Source: Azolla caroliniana
Taxonomy: Eukaryota > Plantae > Polypodiophyta
NCBI GenBank assembly: GCA_043228905.1
Contig: JBHGNT010000012.1
Location: forward strand, 20,522,001 to 20,586,000
Reading direction: 5' to 3'
Length of the DNA stretch: 64,000 bases
Position 1 is the stretch's first letter; each line of letters opens with the position of its first letter. The notes under the pieces are model-generated. The model was not told the DNA's origin, searched no databases, and saw nothing but the letters and a program-made list of their open reading frames with translations. A program made the translations under genes and the position numbers. Shown piece by piece: positions 50,262 to 63,049 of the stretch.

Positions 50262-53200
50262 TGTCGTGAAGATTTTCGTCCACAAGCGGAAACCCGAGCA
50301 ACGAGAGCCAAAGAGCGATGTGCAACGTTGCACACGTACATAATGTATTTGTAATAGTAATAAAGGTATAAAGGTGATGAGGTTGTACGCACTTCCACGT
50401 GAGAGAGAGAGAGAGAGAGGTACTATGCGATACATAGGTACCTAGTTGTTTGTGAGGAGGTGGGAGTTAAGGGGCCATCAATCTCACCCTCCCCCAAATC
50501 AAGGCAAATATCCCCTTTGAATGAAAGGGGATATTTTAGTCTCACTTTTGTAAGCGGTCTTCCCTCCTTGTGCTATAAAAGGAGAGAGAAGGCACCATTG
50601 TGGGGGTTGCCTATTTTGAGTGTGCGAGGTATACCACGTAGGTCGAGCGTTAGGGTTAGGGTTAGGGTTTCGAGTAGTCGTTTGGTGCAGCCATGGCGGC
50701 CACCATTTGTTGTAATCATTCATTTCTTAATAGAACTTCTTGTTGAGTATCTTGATTGCATCTTCTTCTTCTATCATAATGTCATATGCGTTCTCTTCTC
50801 CCCTTGAGCTAATCTTTCTCCTCCACTCCCTAGTCCAAGACCCCCGTGGTCCCGCCCTTCTACACGCACGCGCGTAACTACGCGACATATTTGGTGAACC
50901 GGACGTGAAGGGCGGCAAGGGAGCATGGAGATGGAAGAAGACTTTGACTTCGAGGAGATGATGACAAAGATCATGATGGAAGCCGGACGGAAGATGGCGA
51001 AGCGAGATGCGGCTCAACAAGCCGTCGAAAGGGTGGTCGATCGAGTCGGCCGGTTCAATGGGAATGAGGTCCTAAAAATTTTGGGAGCCTACAAGGCCGA
51101 GATGGCGAAAGGGGGCATGGACGAGGCGATGCGACTAGAGTATTTTCCGCGAGTGGCGGCCGTATCGGTGCACAAGGACGTCAAGGAGCTACGAGAAGCT
51201 CACGAGTCATGGGAGTCCTTCGAGGGAGCTCTATTGGAAGCGTACGGATACGCGAAACCGGAGTGGGTATGCGGGCAACACGATGGGGAGCGGTCGGCAA
51301 CAACATGGCCCGCGAACGGCGGAGAAGAGAGAGCGGCGAGTGAGTACGCACTACTGCCGGAAGAGAGCTCAACGCAAAACGGTTCAGAGGAGCTCGACCT
51401 AGAAGCGCTAATACAGGAGGCATGCGAGCTTGTAAAGGGGAAAATCGAAGCTGAAGAAGGGCTTATTATGGAGTCGGGCCGGAGGCAATCGGAGGTTGAG
51501 GAGGCCGAAAGAGAATGGTACATCGGTACCATGGGAGAGGGTGCGAAGCGAGCCACCCTCTCGACATGCTGAGAAAGATCGACCGAGGACGAGGTCGAGG
51601 ACGGTGAGGCGGCGATCGCCGATTCGAGCGGACATGAGGGAGTTCGGGCATGGAGGCCCGAAACATCGAGCGGGGAGAAGACGGGCGGTGGTGCCGCGAC
51701 CTTACGCACACCGGGCCTAGAGACTCCGGCAACCGGCCTGAGAGCCGGTGTGAGACCTAGAGTGACGGGCGGTGGCGGCGGCAAGGCGGGCGACCACGAC
51801 GGCGACGATGTGGGAGAGGGTGCGGAGCGAGCGAGCCTCTCGACTTGTGGAAAGAGGACGGCCATGGATGAGGCCAATATCTACGGAGCAATGGACGCCA
51901 CTTCGAGGGTGGGCGAAAGTTTCGGGACGCGGTTGCCCGAAACGTTCTACGAGGATTTCAGGAGCATACTCGAGGCTTGCGAAATCGAGGAAGAAGAGGA
52001 GACGAGCGGCGGTGCCGCGACCTTCCACACACTGGTCCTAGAGACTCCGGCAACCGGCCCGAGAGCCGGTGTGAGACCTAGAGAGACGGACGGTGGCGGC
52101 AGCAAGGCGGGCAACCGAAATGATGAAGAGGAGGTTTGTAGCGGACGGAGGTGAGATCCCTCGACACCGAGGCCGGAGACTTCAGTAGTTGCGCCCGAGC
52201 GCGGACATAAGACCGGGGAGATGGGCGGTGGCCATGAGGATGAGAGGCCCGGAGTGGGCACGTGCGAAAAGACCGAAGGAGAGGTCCGGAGCGGCATCGA
52301 GGAGCGAGTCGGGAACCGACCCGACCGAAAGATGAGCCGGTCGGTAATCCGACCCGACCGGGAGGCGGAGCGGAAGAAGAGTGAAGCGGGGGTCGGTCAA
52401 CCGGGCACGAACTGAAGGAAGCCGGCAAGACAGGGATTGTTTGATTGATTCATAGCCGGCCGGGTACGATTACGGTGGGAGCCGGTGAGAGTGAGAAGGA
52501 GGCCTAGTGGGCACGGTGATCACGGCTTGCTAGAAGACCGAGAGCGAGACAGACCTTCCACACCCATTCTAGAGACTTCGGCGGTTGCGGATCAACGTGA
52601 GACCGGAGAGATGGCGGGTGGCGGCGAGGAGTCGGAGGCCGAAGCGGACAAAGTTATCGGAGCGCGTATCCGGTATGAGATAATGGACGAGCGGGTCCAA
52701 GATGGCGAGCTCGGGTCGGAACGGGCTACAGTGACAAAGGAAGAAGTGGCCGACGTGGAGGTCGGGTCTATGGCGGATGAAGGGCGTAACACGAAGCATG
52801 TACTACGGTCGGTGAAGGGCCCAAGAACGAGCATGCATCCAAGAGAGCGTCAACGAGTGACCGGAAACAGTGGACCGATTGAGCCTTTGAGAGGCGAGGA
52901 CTCGGTGGTGAACCGAGAGTGGGAGGAACCCTCCACACCTACCCGTGAGGCATCGGCGGTCGCGGATCGAAAGGAGAACGAAGAAACGGTGGGTGGCAGC
53001 GAGGACTTGGAGACCGACGCGGAGGTCGTGTCTACGGCAGAAGCATGACACGAGACGCATGCAATACGGCCAGTGGAGGGCCAAGACACAAGCATGCATA
53101 CGGCGGATGGGTGACAACGATTGACCGACGATGACGGTCCGGTCAAGCCTTCGTGAGGCAATCGTGGGACGAAGGACAGCGCGGCGAAGCACCAAGATCG

Positions 53201-53551
53201 ACGGCATGGGTCGAGCGCGATTGGCATGAGCGGAGAGTCGTATCTAGGAAAACGGAGGAGATGCACGGAGAACAACGGGGTACATACCGGGAAGAGAAAG
53301 CGTGACGGCTTCCCGGAGGGCATACAAGGCCAAGCGGGCCAAGAGGGCGCAAGTCGAGGTGAGGCGATAACGAGAGCCTCGAGGGATACCGACACGGAGG
53401 TCGGGATGACGATACGCTCTAATACGAGAGAGCACGGCGATAAAGGGGAAAGCGAAAAACGCGTGATGGGGTCATCGAAGGACCGAAGCACGATCACGCA
53501 TTCGGAGGGCAACATCGACATACGGGGAAAGCCTACGGAAGGCAAGCGCGG
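50262..53551 (+). mobile_element. tRNA-Trp-primed Gypsy-type element A: 5' LTR plus gag-like ORF with a long acidic extension
   Basis: LTR 50262-50887 (TGTCG..CGACA), PBS TGGTGAACCGGACGTGAA. The ORF from 50925 resembles the gag of element B (GRFNGNEVLKIL..YKAEM). Confidence 0.85.
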
Positions 53552-54293
53552 TGTCGTAGTGTATTCCACACACTACGTGAAAACCATAAAATAATATATC
53601 CGAATTTAGATACATATAAATAAATAAATAATATATCAAAAGAATTTATCACGTGCATAGGGCAAGATTTGAACCATGCACCTCCACATAGATAAACCCC
53701 AACTTTACCATTGTAATAACTTATCTTTAGTGTTATAAATATAGATTTAATACGTATAAGACCTTTATTTACACATACCTTTATTAAAAGGTAAAAATCA
53801 TGTATTCTTTAGAGTGTGAATATTTTATTTACACGTGACATTAAAAGTGACTCATGCACATCTAGTGTGCACGAGCCCTATATTTAGGAAATGACAAAAC
53901 ATCACATGCACATTTAGTGTGCATGGGTACTTTAGGTGAAAAAGCATGAAGCCATGCTTAGCCTCTTCCATCTTTATATAAGGAGGAGAAAAATATGTAT
54001 ATGGTTGTTGATTAATATACAAGTTTTGATCAATCTAATATATTTGTGGGATTCACGAATTTTGCCATCTAATTGCTCTTATAATCTAAATATTGTTTTA
54101 ATTACACTAAACTCGTGGGATTCACGAGATTGCTATCTTACTTCTCTTTCCACTATTCATAACTAGCCTTAAGTTGTATTCCTCTTCCTCCTAGTCCAAA
54201 ACCTCGGCGGTTCCCACCCGACTCACGCAACGATCCGGAGCCGAAAGGCACGACACAGTTGGTGAACCCGACGTGAAAACGGGTGGCAAGGAG

Positions 54294-56336
54294 ATGGAAA
54301 ATCAACAAGAGGCTAGCAACATGATGATGATGTTCGAGCGCATGCTACAAGAACAATGCGCGATGTCGGAGATAGCGGCATCAGTGGAGCGGCTCGTGCA
54401 ACGAAACGGGCAATTCAACGGGAAAGACGTGTCGCGGTATCTTCGGGATTACAAGGCGGAGATGCTACGGTGCGGAATATCGGAAGGACTGCAAGTGACG
54501 TCCTTCAACCGGGTGGCGACCGACGGGCTTCAAGCAAGCATCCATGGGCTACGACAGCAAAATCCGACATGGGAGGCGTTTGAAGTAGAGCTAAAGAGGA
54601 CGTTCGCCATCGAGGATTCCTCCAAGGCGACGCGAAGGGGATTCGAAGATTGGGTGGAGACGCCGGACAAGGGATTGAAGGTCGTTGATGTGTTTTCGGC
54701 ATTCGAAAGCCGGTTCGGGAGGTTGTCCGCGAGAGATCAAGCTATCCTCGTACCGGACAAGGTGATCATGTTCTTGCGAGCCGTGGACGTCCGGGACCGG
54801 AAAGATCTCGGAGTGCTCTTGGAGGACACGACCACGGAGAGCGGCCTCACCGAAACATGGGAAAGCGTGCGGGATATCGTCGCGCGATACACGAAGAGGG
54901 GGCAATGGCTTGCCGACGAGGAAAAGAGGGTTTCGGAACCGATTCCGAAACCGAGAACCGGATTGGAAGACCATCAACTGAGGGCTCGAGAGACTACAAC
55001 CGAGAAGGGGATTGATGCATCTACGATGGAGCAACTATTGAAGGAGATGGAGAATCTAAAGATCGCGATGGTGAAGAAGTCGGAAGACCGCCCCACAAGC
55101 TCCAAGTATACGGACCGATGGTGCATATGGTGCGATAGCGCCGAACACAATCGGAGGGATTGCGACGAGCATAAGGAGGCGCTACGGCGGGATCTCATCT
55201 ACTACGAGGGAAACCAGATTCATTCGATGGACTCTCGGAAGCCACTCCGACCGAACTTCCGGAAAGGCGGCATGAAGAAGGTGCTCGAGGAGGAATTGGC
55301 GGCAAGAAGCAACTATGCGACAACCGCGGGAATATGTGTCGGGGAGTCATCGAGAGCAAAGACGTCTTTTTGGCCGGAAGTTCTAGAAAACACCGAGAAA
55401 ACCGACTCCAACGAGATCCGAAGCACCGCGGAAGGCGTCTGGGAAGCTACGGGATGGGAGTGCCCTGTCGACAAGAATAGCGTATATGCCCTGTGTCAAT
55501 TGCATAAGGTGTATGTGGACGAGAAACGACGACGCACGGAGGATGCGGCCGGGCCATCGAAGATACCGGAAAGTTGGAACTCCAGAGGTAAGGGAAAAGA
55601 AAAGGCGACTCCGGCATTCAAGCTCGCCTCGGACATAGAACAACAAACCGACTTGAAAAGAGTGTTCGAGGAAAGAATCTTGGATAGCCGGGTAGATTTC
55701 TCGCTTCGGGAGCTACTCGGAATAGCAAAGAAGGAGTTCCACAATCTTCTCGTAGATCTCGTGAAGCGAAAAAGACAAAGTACGGAGGAAAATGCTCCAA
55801 GGGTGAATGCGAATACCGTTTTAATGAACGACACCGAAGTGGAGGACGAAATTCCGAACTCCCACTATACAAGGCCACATTGGGCACGCGCGACTACGGA
55901 AACTCCGGTCCGAATTGGCAACATCAAAGAAACCGTGTTAGCATTGATTGATCACGGATCGGAGATCAACTTGATGTCCAAGGAGTTCTACCGGAAGGGG
56001 AAGTGGCCTATTAACACCAACCATGGATGGAAGATTCGGGCGGCCACCAAAGCAACGGAAGATCTATTTGCGGCTTGTCCGGATGTGACGGTGAAGATCG
56101 GGGATGTCGAGATTGACCAAAATTTCTTCGTGCAAGATGAGGTTTCACATTCCGTCATCCTCGGCCAACCCTTTATCACGGCATCACGGATGGAGACGAA
56201 GGTGCTCGATAGCGGTGCGGCTTTTGCGCGAATTCGGAGCCAAAACGGTGGGAAATCCGTCCAATTCCTAACGGTGCCGGCAAATCACGAAAGGAACAAG
56301 AGGGAACTCTTGTCCCAAGTGAGAATGGATTTTTAA
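54294..56336 (+). CDS. gag: Gag-protease polyprotein of Gypsy element B
   Basis: Uninterrupted ORF with zinc knuckle CIWCDSAEHNRRDC and aspartic protease ALIDHGSEINLM...ILGQPF. Confidence 0.85.
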   Translation: MENQQEASNMMMMFERMLQEQCAMSEIAASVERLVQRNGQFNGKDVSRYLRDYKAEMLRCGISEGLQVTSFNRVATDGLQASIHGLRQQNPTWEAFEVELKRTFAIEDSSKATRRGFEDWVETPDKGLKVVDVFSAFESRFGRLSARDQAILVPDKVIMFLRAVDVRDRKDLGVLLEDTTTESGLTETWESVRDIVARYTKRGQWLADEEKRVSEPIPKPRTGLEDHQLRARETTTEKGIDASTMEQLLKEMENLKIAMVKKSEDRPTSSKYTDRWCIWCDSAEHNRRDCDEHKEALRRDLIYYEGNQIHSMDSRKPLRPNFRKGGMKKVLEEELAARSNYATTAGICVGESSRAKTSFWPEVLENTEKTDSNEIRSTAEGVWEATGWECPVDKNSVYALCQLHKVYVDEKRRRTEDAAGPSKIPESWNSRGKGKEKATPAFKLASDIEQQTDLKRVFEERILDSRVDFSLRELLGIAKKEFHNLLVDLVKRKRQSTEENAPRVNANTVLMNDTEVEDEIPNSHYTRPHWARATTETPVRIGNIKETVLALIDHGSEINLMSKEFYRKGKWPINTNHGWKIRAATKATEDLFAACPDVTVKIGDVEIDQNFFVQDEVSHSVILGQPFITASRMETKVLDSGAAFARIRSQNGGKSVQFLTVPANHERNKRELLSQVRMDF

Positions 56337-57667
56337 AGCGGACTGTTGCGGAGTGGGGAAGTGATAGTCCGAGAAGCCCTGATACCCCACACAGGAAGAA
56401 AACTCTCGGAGCAAAACATGTACGAATCGGTCCGGATGGGGCATCTACGTACACGACCGTAACCGGAGGATTGAAGAAAGGATACCGACAAGTGGAGGAT
56501 AAGTTGCGGTCGGCATCAATAATAAAAGAAGATGAAGAAATCGTGGGGATAGTCGAGGAAGTGTTCTATGGGAGCACGCTACAACGACTTGAAGAGCTTG
56601 CGGAAGATAAAAGCCAAGGGAACCGGGTAGTCCTGGTGGAATCGGTCGAGATGTACGAGATCATTGCGAAAATGGAGCCGGATACGCTCCGTAAAGAAGA
56701 AGCAATGGTAAGTACGAAATACAAGACCGTGGAGAAGAAGGTGAAACCGGCCGCGGGACCACTACCCGCCGATAGCGAACAAAAGAGGAAAGAAGTCTCG
56801 GGAGATCCGACACTTCGGAAGTCCGTGGATATCGGACATGCCTTCACGGATGAGACCCGGAAGAAACTTCGGATCGGTGGAGGTGGGTTCCTATTACAGA
56901 AAGAAGAAGAACGGTTTCGCGAGATGTTGGAGCAACACGGCAAAGCGTTTGCATTTACATCAAGGGAGATAGGGTGCGTCGATCCGAGAATAGTGGAGCC
57001 GATGGTGATCTTTACGATTGACCATGTACCGTGGAATCTGAAGCCGATTCCGGTGCCACGAGCGCATATTCCGAAAGTCATTGACTTGCTCAAGGAGAAG
57101 GTGGCGATGGGGATTCTAGAGCCATCAACTGCTCCGTACTCAAATCGATGGTTTACGGTTCCGAAGAAGAATGGGTCACTCCGATTTATCCAAGACTTGC
57201 AACCGGTGAATAAGGTCACGATCCGGAACTCGGGAGTCGGTCCGATAGTGGACGAATTTGCGGAAGCTTTTGCCGGTCGTGTGATATACTCCATCGGAGA
57301 CCTATACTCGGGGTATGACCAATTCCAACTAGCCGTGGAGAGCCGAGACATCACAACCATGCGAACACCGATAGGATTGGTCCGAATGTGCACACTACCA
57401 CAAGGAGCGACAAACTCGGTTGCTCATATGATGAACGCGATGAACAAGGTGCTTCGAGACTGCATTCTGGAGATAACGATGCCGTTCCTCGATGACATTC
57501 CGATGAAAGGATGCGCGGTCGAAGAAAAAGATGAGACTATGGATGATCGGGGATGCCGAAAGTTCGTGGTCGACCATATTCATGCTTGCGAGAAAGTGTT
57601 GCGAAAGCTAGAAGATGTGCACCTAACACTTTCCGGGGAGAAATCGGCATTCGGGCAAGAAGAAATA
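56330..57667 (+). CDS. pol: Pol (RT N-terminal part) of Gypsy element B, in the -1 frame; interrupted by a Copia insertion
   Basis: Open from 56330. Motifs LRFIQDLQPVN, DLYSGYDQ, LPQGATNS, PFLDD. Confidence 0.85.
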
Positions 57668-60600
57668 TGATGGAAATTAATCGACACTTTCCAAACTTCA
57701 CCTCTCGGCCACAACCAAGGAAACACACGAATCGTTGTTGCAGAAAATGGGAAATGCGAAAAATAGAGTGGACACACGATTTAACGTGGAAAACCCTGTA
57801 CGGGAAAAACCACGGGAGTACAAGACTCCAAACCAAAAACTATGCACAGAGAAATATACAATGGCGAGCTTCAAGGCGACGACCTTGAGCTCGCTGTCCT
57901 CGCCACAAGCGGCGGAAATACACAGAGGCGTCGACCTCTTTCTCTCTCACGCTCTATCTCTCTCACGGCTGCTCTCTCTTCACTCCTCTTGAGTGGAAAA
58001 ACAGAAAAATGAGAAGCAACATAAAAACTGTTTGCCCTAAGTCATATTTATACACATATGACTTTGGGGCTATTTACAACTATAGCCTCAAGGGCCCTTG
58101 GCAAACATATTCACGGATATGTCCCCGCATCCGGATCTCTCTCTGGGTACATTCGTCATCCGGCTCCGAAGCCGGGGTCTTCATCATCCGGTTCCGAAAC
58201 CGAAACCGGACTTGTCGGCATTCATCTCTGACATCCGACCATCCCATCCGAAGGGACCGTAATCCCAACAAACTCCCCCTTCACTTCGGCATGGGATGTC
58301 TCTCCAATCCGATCCTCTTCCAGCATGCTTCCAGTTTGTCGGGTGTGAGCACCTTGGTCAGCATATCCGACCCGTTCTCGTCCGTGTGGACCTTCGTCAG
58401 CACGAACTCCTTGTCTTCTATCCTTTCCCGGATCCAGTGATATCTTCGCTGGATGTGCTTCGTCCGGGAGTGATAGGCCGCGTTCTTCGCAAGGTGGATG
58501 GCACTCTGACTGTCGCAGTAGAGTCGGTACTCCTCCTGCTGGATACCGAGCTCTCTAATGAAGTCCTTCATCCATATTATTTCCTTGCCGGCTTCAACAG
58601 CCGCCATGTACTCCGCCTCCGTGGTTGACAACGCAACCGTCTTCTGCAGCCTCAACTGCCATGAAACAGCTCCCCCTGCATATGTCATCACATACCCTGA
58701 TGTGGACCGGCTGGTATCTGCATCAGCCGACATATCCGAATCGGTAAAGCCGTCGAGTTCGGGCTTGCCGGAGCCGAATCGGAGGCACACGTTTGCCGTG
58801 CCCTTCAGGTATCGGAGTATCCACTTGGCCGCGTTCCAATGCTCTTTGCCGGGATTGCTCATGTACCGGCTCACCACTCCGACTGCGTATCCAATGTCCG
58901 GTCTTGTATACACCATTGCGTACATCAAGCTTCCGACGACAGAGGCATATGGCACTTTCATCATGTCCTCCTTCTCAGCCTTTGTCTTGGGGCTTTGCTT
59001 GCTGGACAGCTTGCAGTTTGCCGGGAGGGTCGATCCGACCGGTCTTGCTTCCGACATGTTGAACCGTTTAAGCACCTTTGTCACGTACTTCTCCTGTGAC
59101 AGCCACAACTACTTCTTGCTCCGGTCCCGGATGATGTGCATCCCTAGTATTTGTCTCGCCGGACCCAAGTCCTTCATAGAGAAGGTTCGGTGAAGAGCCT
59201 TCTTCAGCATCCGTATCTTGACCTGGTCCCGTCCGACGATCAACATGTCGTCCACGTACAGGAGGAGTATTAGAAAGTCTCCTCCTTCGAACTTCTTCAC
59301 AAACACGCAGTGGTCGGACTGCGTTTTGAGGTACCCTTCGCCGGTCATGAAAGAGTCGAACTTCCGGTACCATTGCCGGGGAGCCTGCTTCAGTCCGTAA
59401 AGGCTCTTCTTCAACCGGCATACCAGGTGCTCCTTCCCTTTCTTCTCGAATCCTTCCGGTTGCTGCATGTAGATCTCTTCTTCGAGGTCGCCGTGAAGGA
59501 ATGCCGTCTTCACGTCCATCTGTTCTACCTCGAGGTCCATGCTTGCCGCTATGCTCAGCACCGTCCGGATGGAGGTCATCTTCACTACCGGGGCAAATAT
59601 CTCGTCGAAGTCGACGCCCTTCTTCTGCTGAAACCCCTTCACCACGATCCTGGCTTTGTATCTCGGGGGGTTTCCGGCATCTCCCGGTTTCAGCTTGAAC
59701 ACCCACTTGTTTCGAAGTGCCCGCTTTCCTTTCGGCAGCTCCACAAGTTCATATGTGTAGTTCTCATGCAGGGAATCCATCTCGTCCTGCACTCAACCAC
59801 TTGCGGCTCTGGGTGTCATGCACTCAACCACTTGCGGCTCTGGGTCTCATGCACTCAACCACTTGCGGCTCTGGGTGTCATGCTTTGCTTCTTCAAAGCT
59901 CTCCGGCTCCCCCTCGTCGGTTAGCAGCACGTGCTCTGGTTCCGGAAATCTCCGGGGGGCCCTTCTCTCTCTTAGAGGATATCTCCGTTCTGGAGCTTCG
60001 GTAACCGGTTCTTCCGATTCTTCTTCATCCGAATCCATTTCGGGATCGGGGCCGGTTCCGGTATCATTTTCATCTTCTTCGGCCGGTTCTGTTTCTTCAC
60101 CATCTTCGGCCGGATCCTCGAGTGCTAACCGGTCCCTTGCCGGTCGGGACTGCTCCTCGTAGAGTTGATCCTCACCGGTCGACTTGGAGCTCTTCATCTT
60201 CTTCTCCGAATCCCAGTCGGCGAGTGTCTTGTTCTCCATGAAGATGATATCACGACTCCGGAATATCTTCTCGTCGACCGGGTCCCATACTCGGTAGCCG
60301 AACTCGTCATCGCCGTAACCGAGGAATATGCATGGCCGGGTCTTTGGATCTAGCTTTCCTCTCCGGTCCTTTGCCACATGCACATATGCGAGACACCCGA
60401 ACACCTTCAAATGCCGGTAGGATACTTCCCTGCCGGTCCACACTCTCTGCGGCGTGTCTCCGTCCAAAGGTACTGAGGGTGATCTGTTTATCACGTATGT
60501 CGCCGTCGACATTGCCTCAGCCCAAAACCCCTTGGGTAATTTCGCATGTGCCAGCATACTCCGAACCCTCTCCATTATGGTCCGGTTCATCCTCTCGGCC

Positions 60601-63044
60601 AGCCCGTTCAGTTCCGGCGTCTTCGGCACAGTAAACTCGAGCCGGATTCCCTTCGAGCGACAGTACTCCTTGAACTGCCCCCGGTATTCCCCTCCGTTAT
60701 CCGCTCGTATCGCTTTCAGCTTCTTGCCGGATTCCCTTTCCACTCTCGCGTGGAGTTCTTTGAAGACGGACAACACTTGGTCCTTTGTCTTCAACGGTGC
60801 CGTCCACAGCTTCCGGCTGTGATCATCAATGAATGTCACGAAGTACTGGGCTCCGCCATGTGACTTCGTTTCTACCTGACACACATCAGTGTGCACCAAC
60901 TCCAATGGTGCGCTACGTCTCGTCGGTGGCCTTGAATGGAAGGAGGTTCGGTTCTGCTTACCGGCCAGGCAGTCGGTGCACTTCTCCAAGTGCACATGCT
61001 TCACTGGAATAAGGTTGTCTTCTGCAAGCCTCTTCATCCCCTTCTCATTCATGTGGCACAGTCTTTTGTGCCACAGCTCACCGGCAATGTCGGTTGCCAC
61101 ATTCAGCTCTTCCGGACATAACCGGGCATTCATCAGGTATAGTGTGTTGACTTTCCGGGCCCGAGCCACTATCAGGCTCCCCTTGCTGAACTTCATTACG
61201 CCGTTCCGGATGCTACCTGTGTAGCCTTCATCGTCTAGCCTCCCGGCCGAAATCAGGTTCAATCGAACCTCCGGAACGTGTCAGACATCCTTCAGCAGCA
61301 TTTTGCATCCGGTCGGGGTTGTCAACCACACGTCTCCTATGCCGGCAATCCGGCACGTACCTTCATTTCCCATCCGAACACAGCCATGCTCACCGGCTGT
61401 GTAGGATGAGAAGTATCTTCTCTCCGGGGTCAGGTGGAACGATGCTCCGGAATCGACCACCCAGGTCGTCTCATCGCCGGCAATGTTTAGTTCACCTTCT
61501 TCGGTGATGAGCATGATTTCTTCCTCACTTGCCGCGAGTGCCGTCGTTCCTTTCCGGTCCTGCCCTCGCCGATCCGAACCATTCCGGTCCGTGGCTCCCC
61601 GGTAAGCCCCGTTTCGTTCCGAAGACTTCTTCGAATCGGTGTCGTCGGCTCCGTTGTCTTTTCGGTAATGCCGACAATTCTTTCGGAAGTGCCCCGGCTT
61701 CCCACAGTGGAAGCATGTGGGTCTTCCTCTTGACTGCGACCGGGTCCCCGACTTCTCCCGTCTTTGCGGACTCCGGTTCCATTGTCTTCCCCGTTCCGAT
61801 TCGGTAAGCAGCGCCTTCGAGTCGGAGGCCGGTTCTTTATCTCTCCGACGCGCTTCTTCGTTCAAAATACTTGTCTTTACCGTTTGTAGGGACAAGTTAT
61901 CTTCGGTGCAGGAGGTGCTGAGAGTCACCACCAAATTCTCCCAGCTTTCCGGCAATGTACACATCAGAATGATGGCTTGCATTGCATCCTCCAGCGGGAA
62001 CTTGATCGCCGCAAGCTGGTTCACGAATCCCATGAACGTGCTTACGTGTTCCACCATACTCTCGCCATCCCGGTACTTGAGGTTCACTATCTTCCTCATC
62101 AGGGAGGTCCGGTTCAACGCATTCTTCCTCTCGTAGAGGCCCGACAGCTTCCGCCACATCTCATATGCGTTGGTGTCGTTCGCCACATGTTGTAGAACGC
62201 TCACGTCTACGTATTGCCGAATGGTTGCAACGGCTTTCCGGTTCAGAAGCCTCCATTCCGACTCAAGTACTCCCTTCGGTATTTCCGACCTGTCAATCGG
62301 TTCGTACAGGTCCCGAACAATCAGAAGATCCTCCATCTTGATCTTCCAGTCGGCGTAATTCTGCGCATTCAGCACCATCATCCCCGGCTGCCCGCTGCCG
62401 CCGCCTTCCATTTTCTGCAGCAGTTCGCTCTGATACCAAATTGATGGAAATTAATCGACACTTTCCAAACTTCACCTCTCGGCCACAACCAAGGAAACAC
62501 ACAAATCGTTGTTGCAGAAAATGGGAAATGCGAAAAATAGAGTGGACACACGATTTAACGTGGAAAACCCTGTACGGGAAAAACCACGGGAGTACAAGAC
62601 TCCAAACCAAAAACTATGCACAGAGAAATATACAATGGCGAGCTTCAAGGCGACGACCTTGAGCTCGCTGTCCTCGCCACAGGCGGCGGAAATACACAGA
62701 GGCGTCGACCTCTTTCTCTCTCACGCTCTATCTCTCTCACGGCTGCTCTCTCTTCACTCCTCTTGAGTGGAAAAACAGAAAAATGAGAAGCAACATAAAA
62801 ACTGTTTGCCCTAAGTCATATTTATACACATATGACTTTGGGGCTATTTACAACTATAGCCTCAAGGGCCCTTGGCAAACATATTCACGGATATGTCCCC
62901 GCATCCGGATCTCTCTCCGGGTACATTCGTCATCCGGCTCCGAAGCCGGGGTCTTCATCATCCGGTTCCGAAACCGAAACCGGACTTGTCGGCATTCATC
63001 TCTGACATCCGACCATCCCATCCGAAGGGACCGTAATCCCAACA
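57668..63044 (-). mobile_element. Young full-length Ty1/Copia element
   Basis: 603-bp LTRs 57668-58270 and 62442-63044 (3 mismatches seen), TSD AAATA, PBS TGGTATCAGAGC (62427-62438), PPT GTGAAGGGGGAG. Confidence 0.97.
58281..62411 (-). pseudogene. Copia gag-PR-INT-RT-RH polyprotein, single frame with premature stops
   Basis: CFHCGKPGHFRKNC, WVVDSGASFH, LWHKRLCH, ADNGGEY, YVDD, HSRTKHI. Stops at 61281 and 59109 and within a 31-bp triplication at 59788-59880. Confidence 0.92.
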
Positions 63045-63049
63045 AAATA

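Noticed and set aside
56566-57393. Long antisense ORF over Gypsy RT (and similar ones over the Copia pol)
   Set aside because: Shadow ORFs caused by codon bias of the sense strand.
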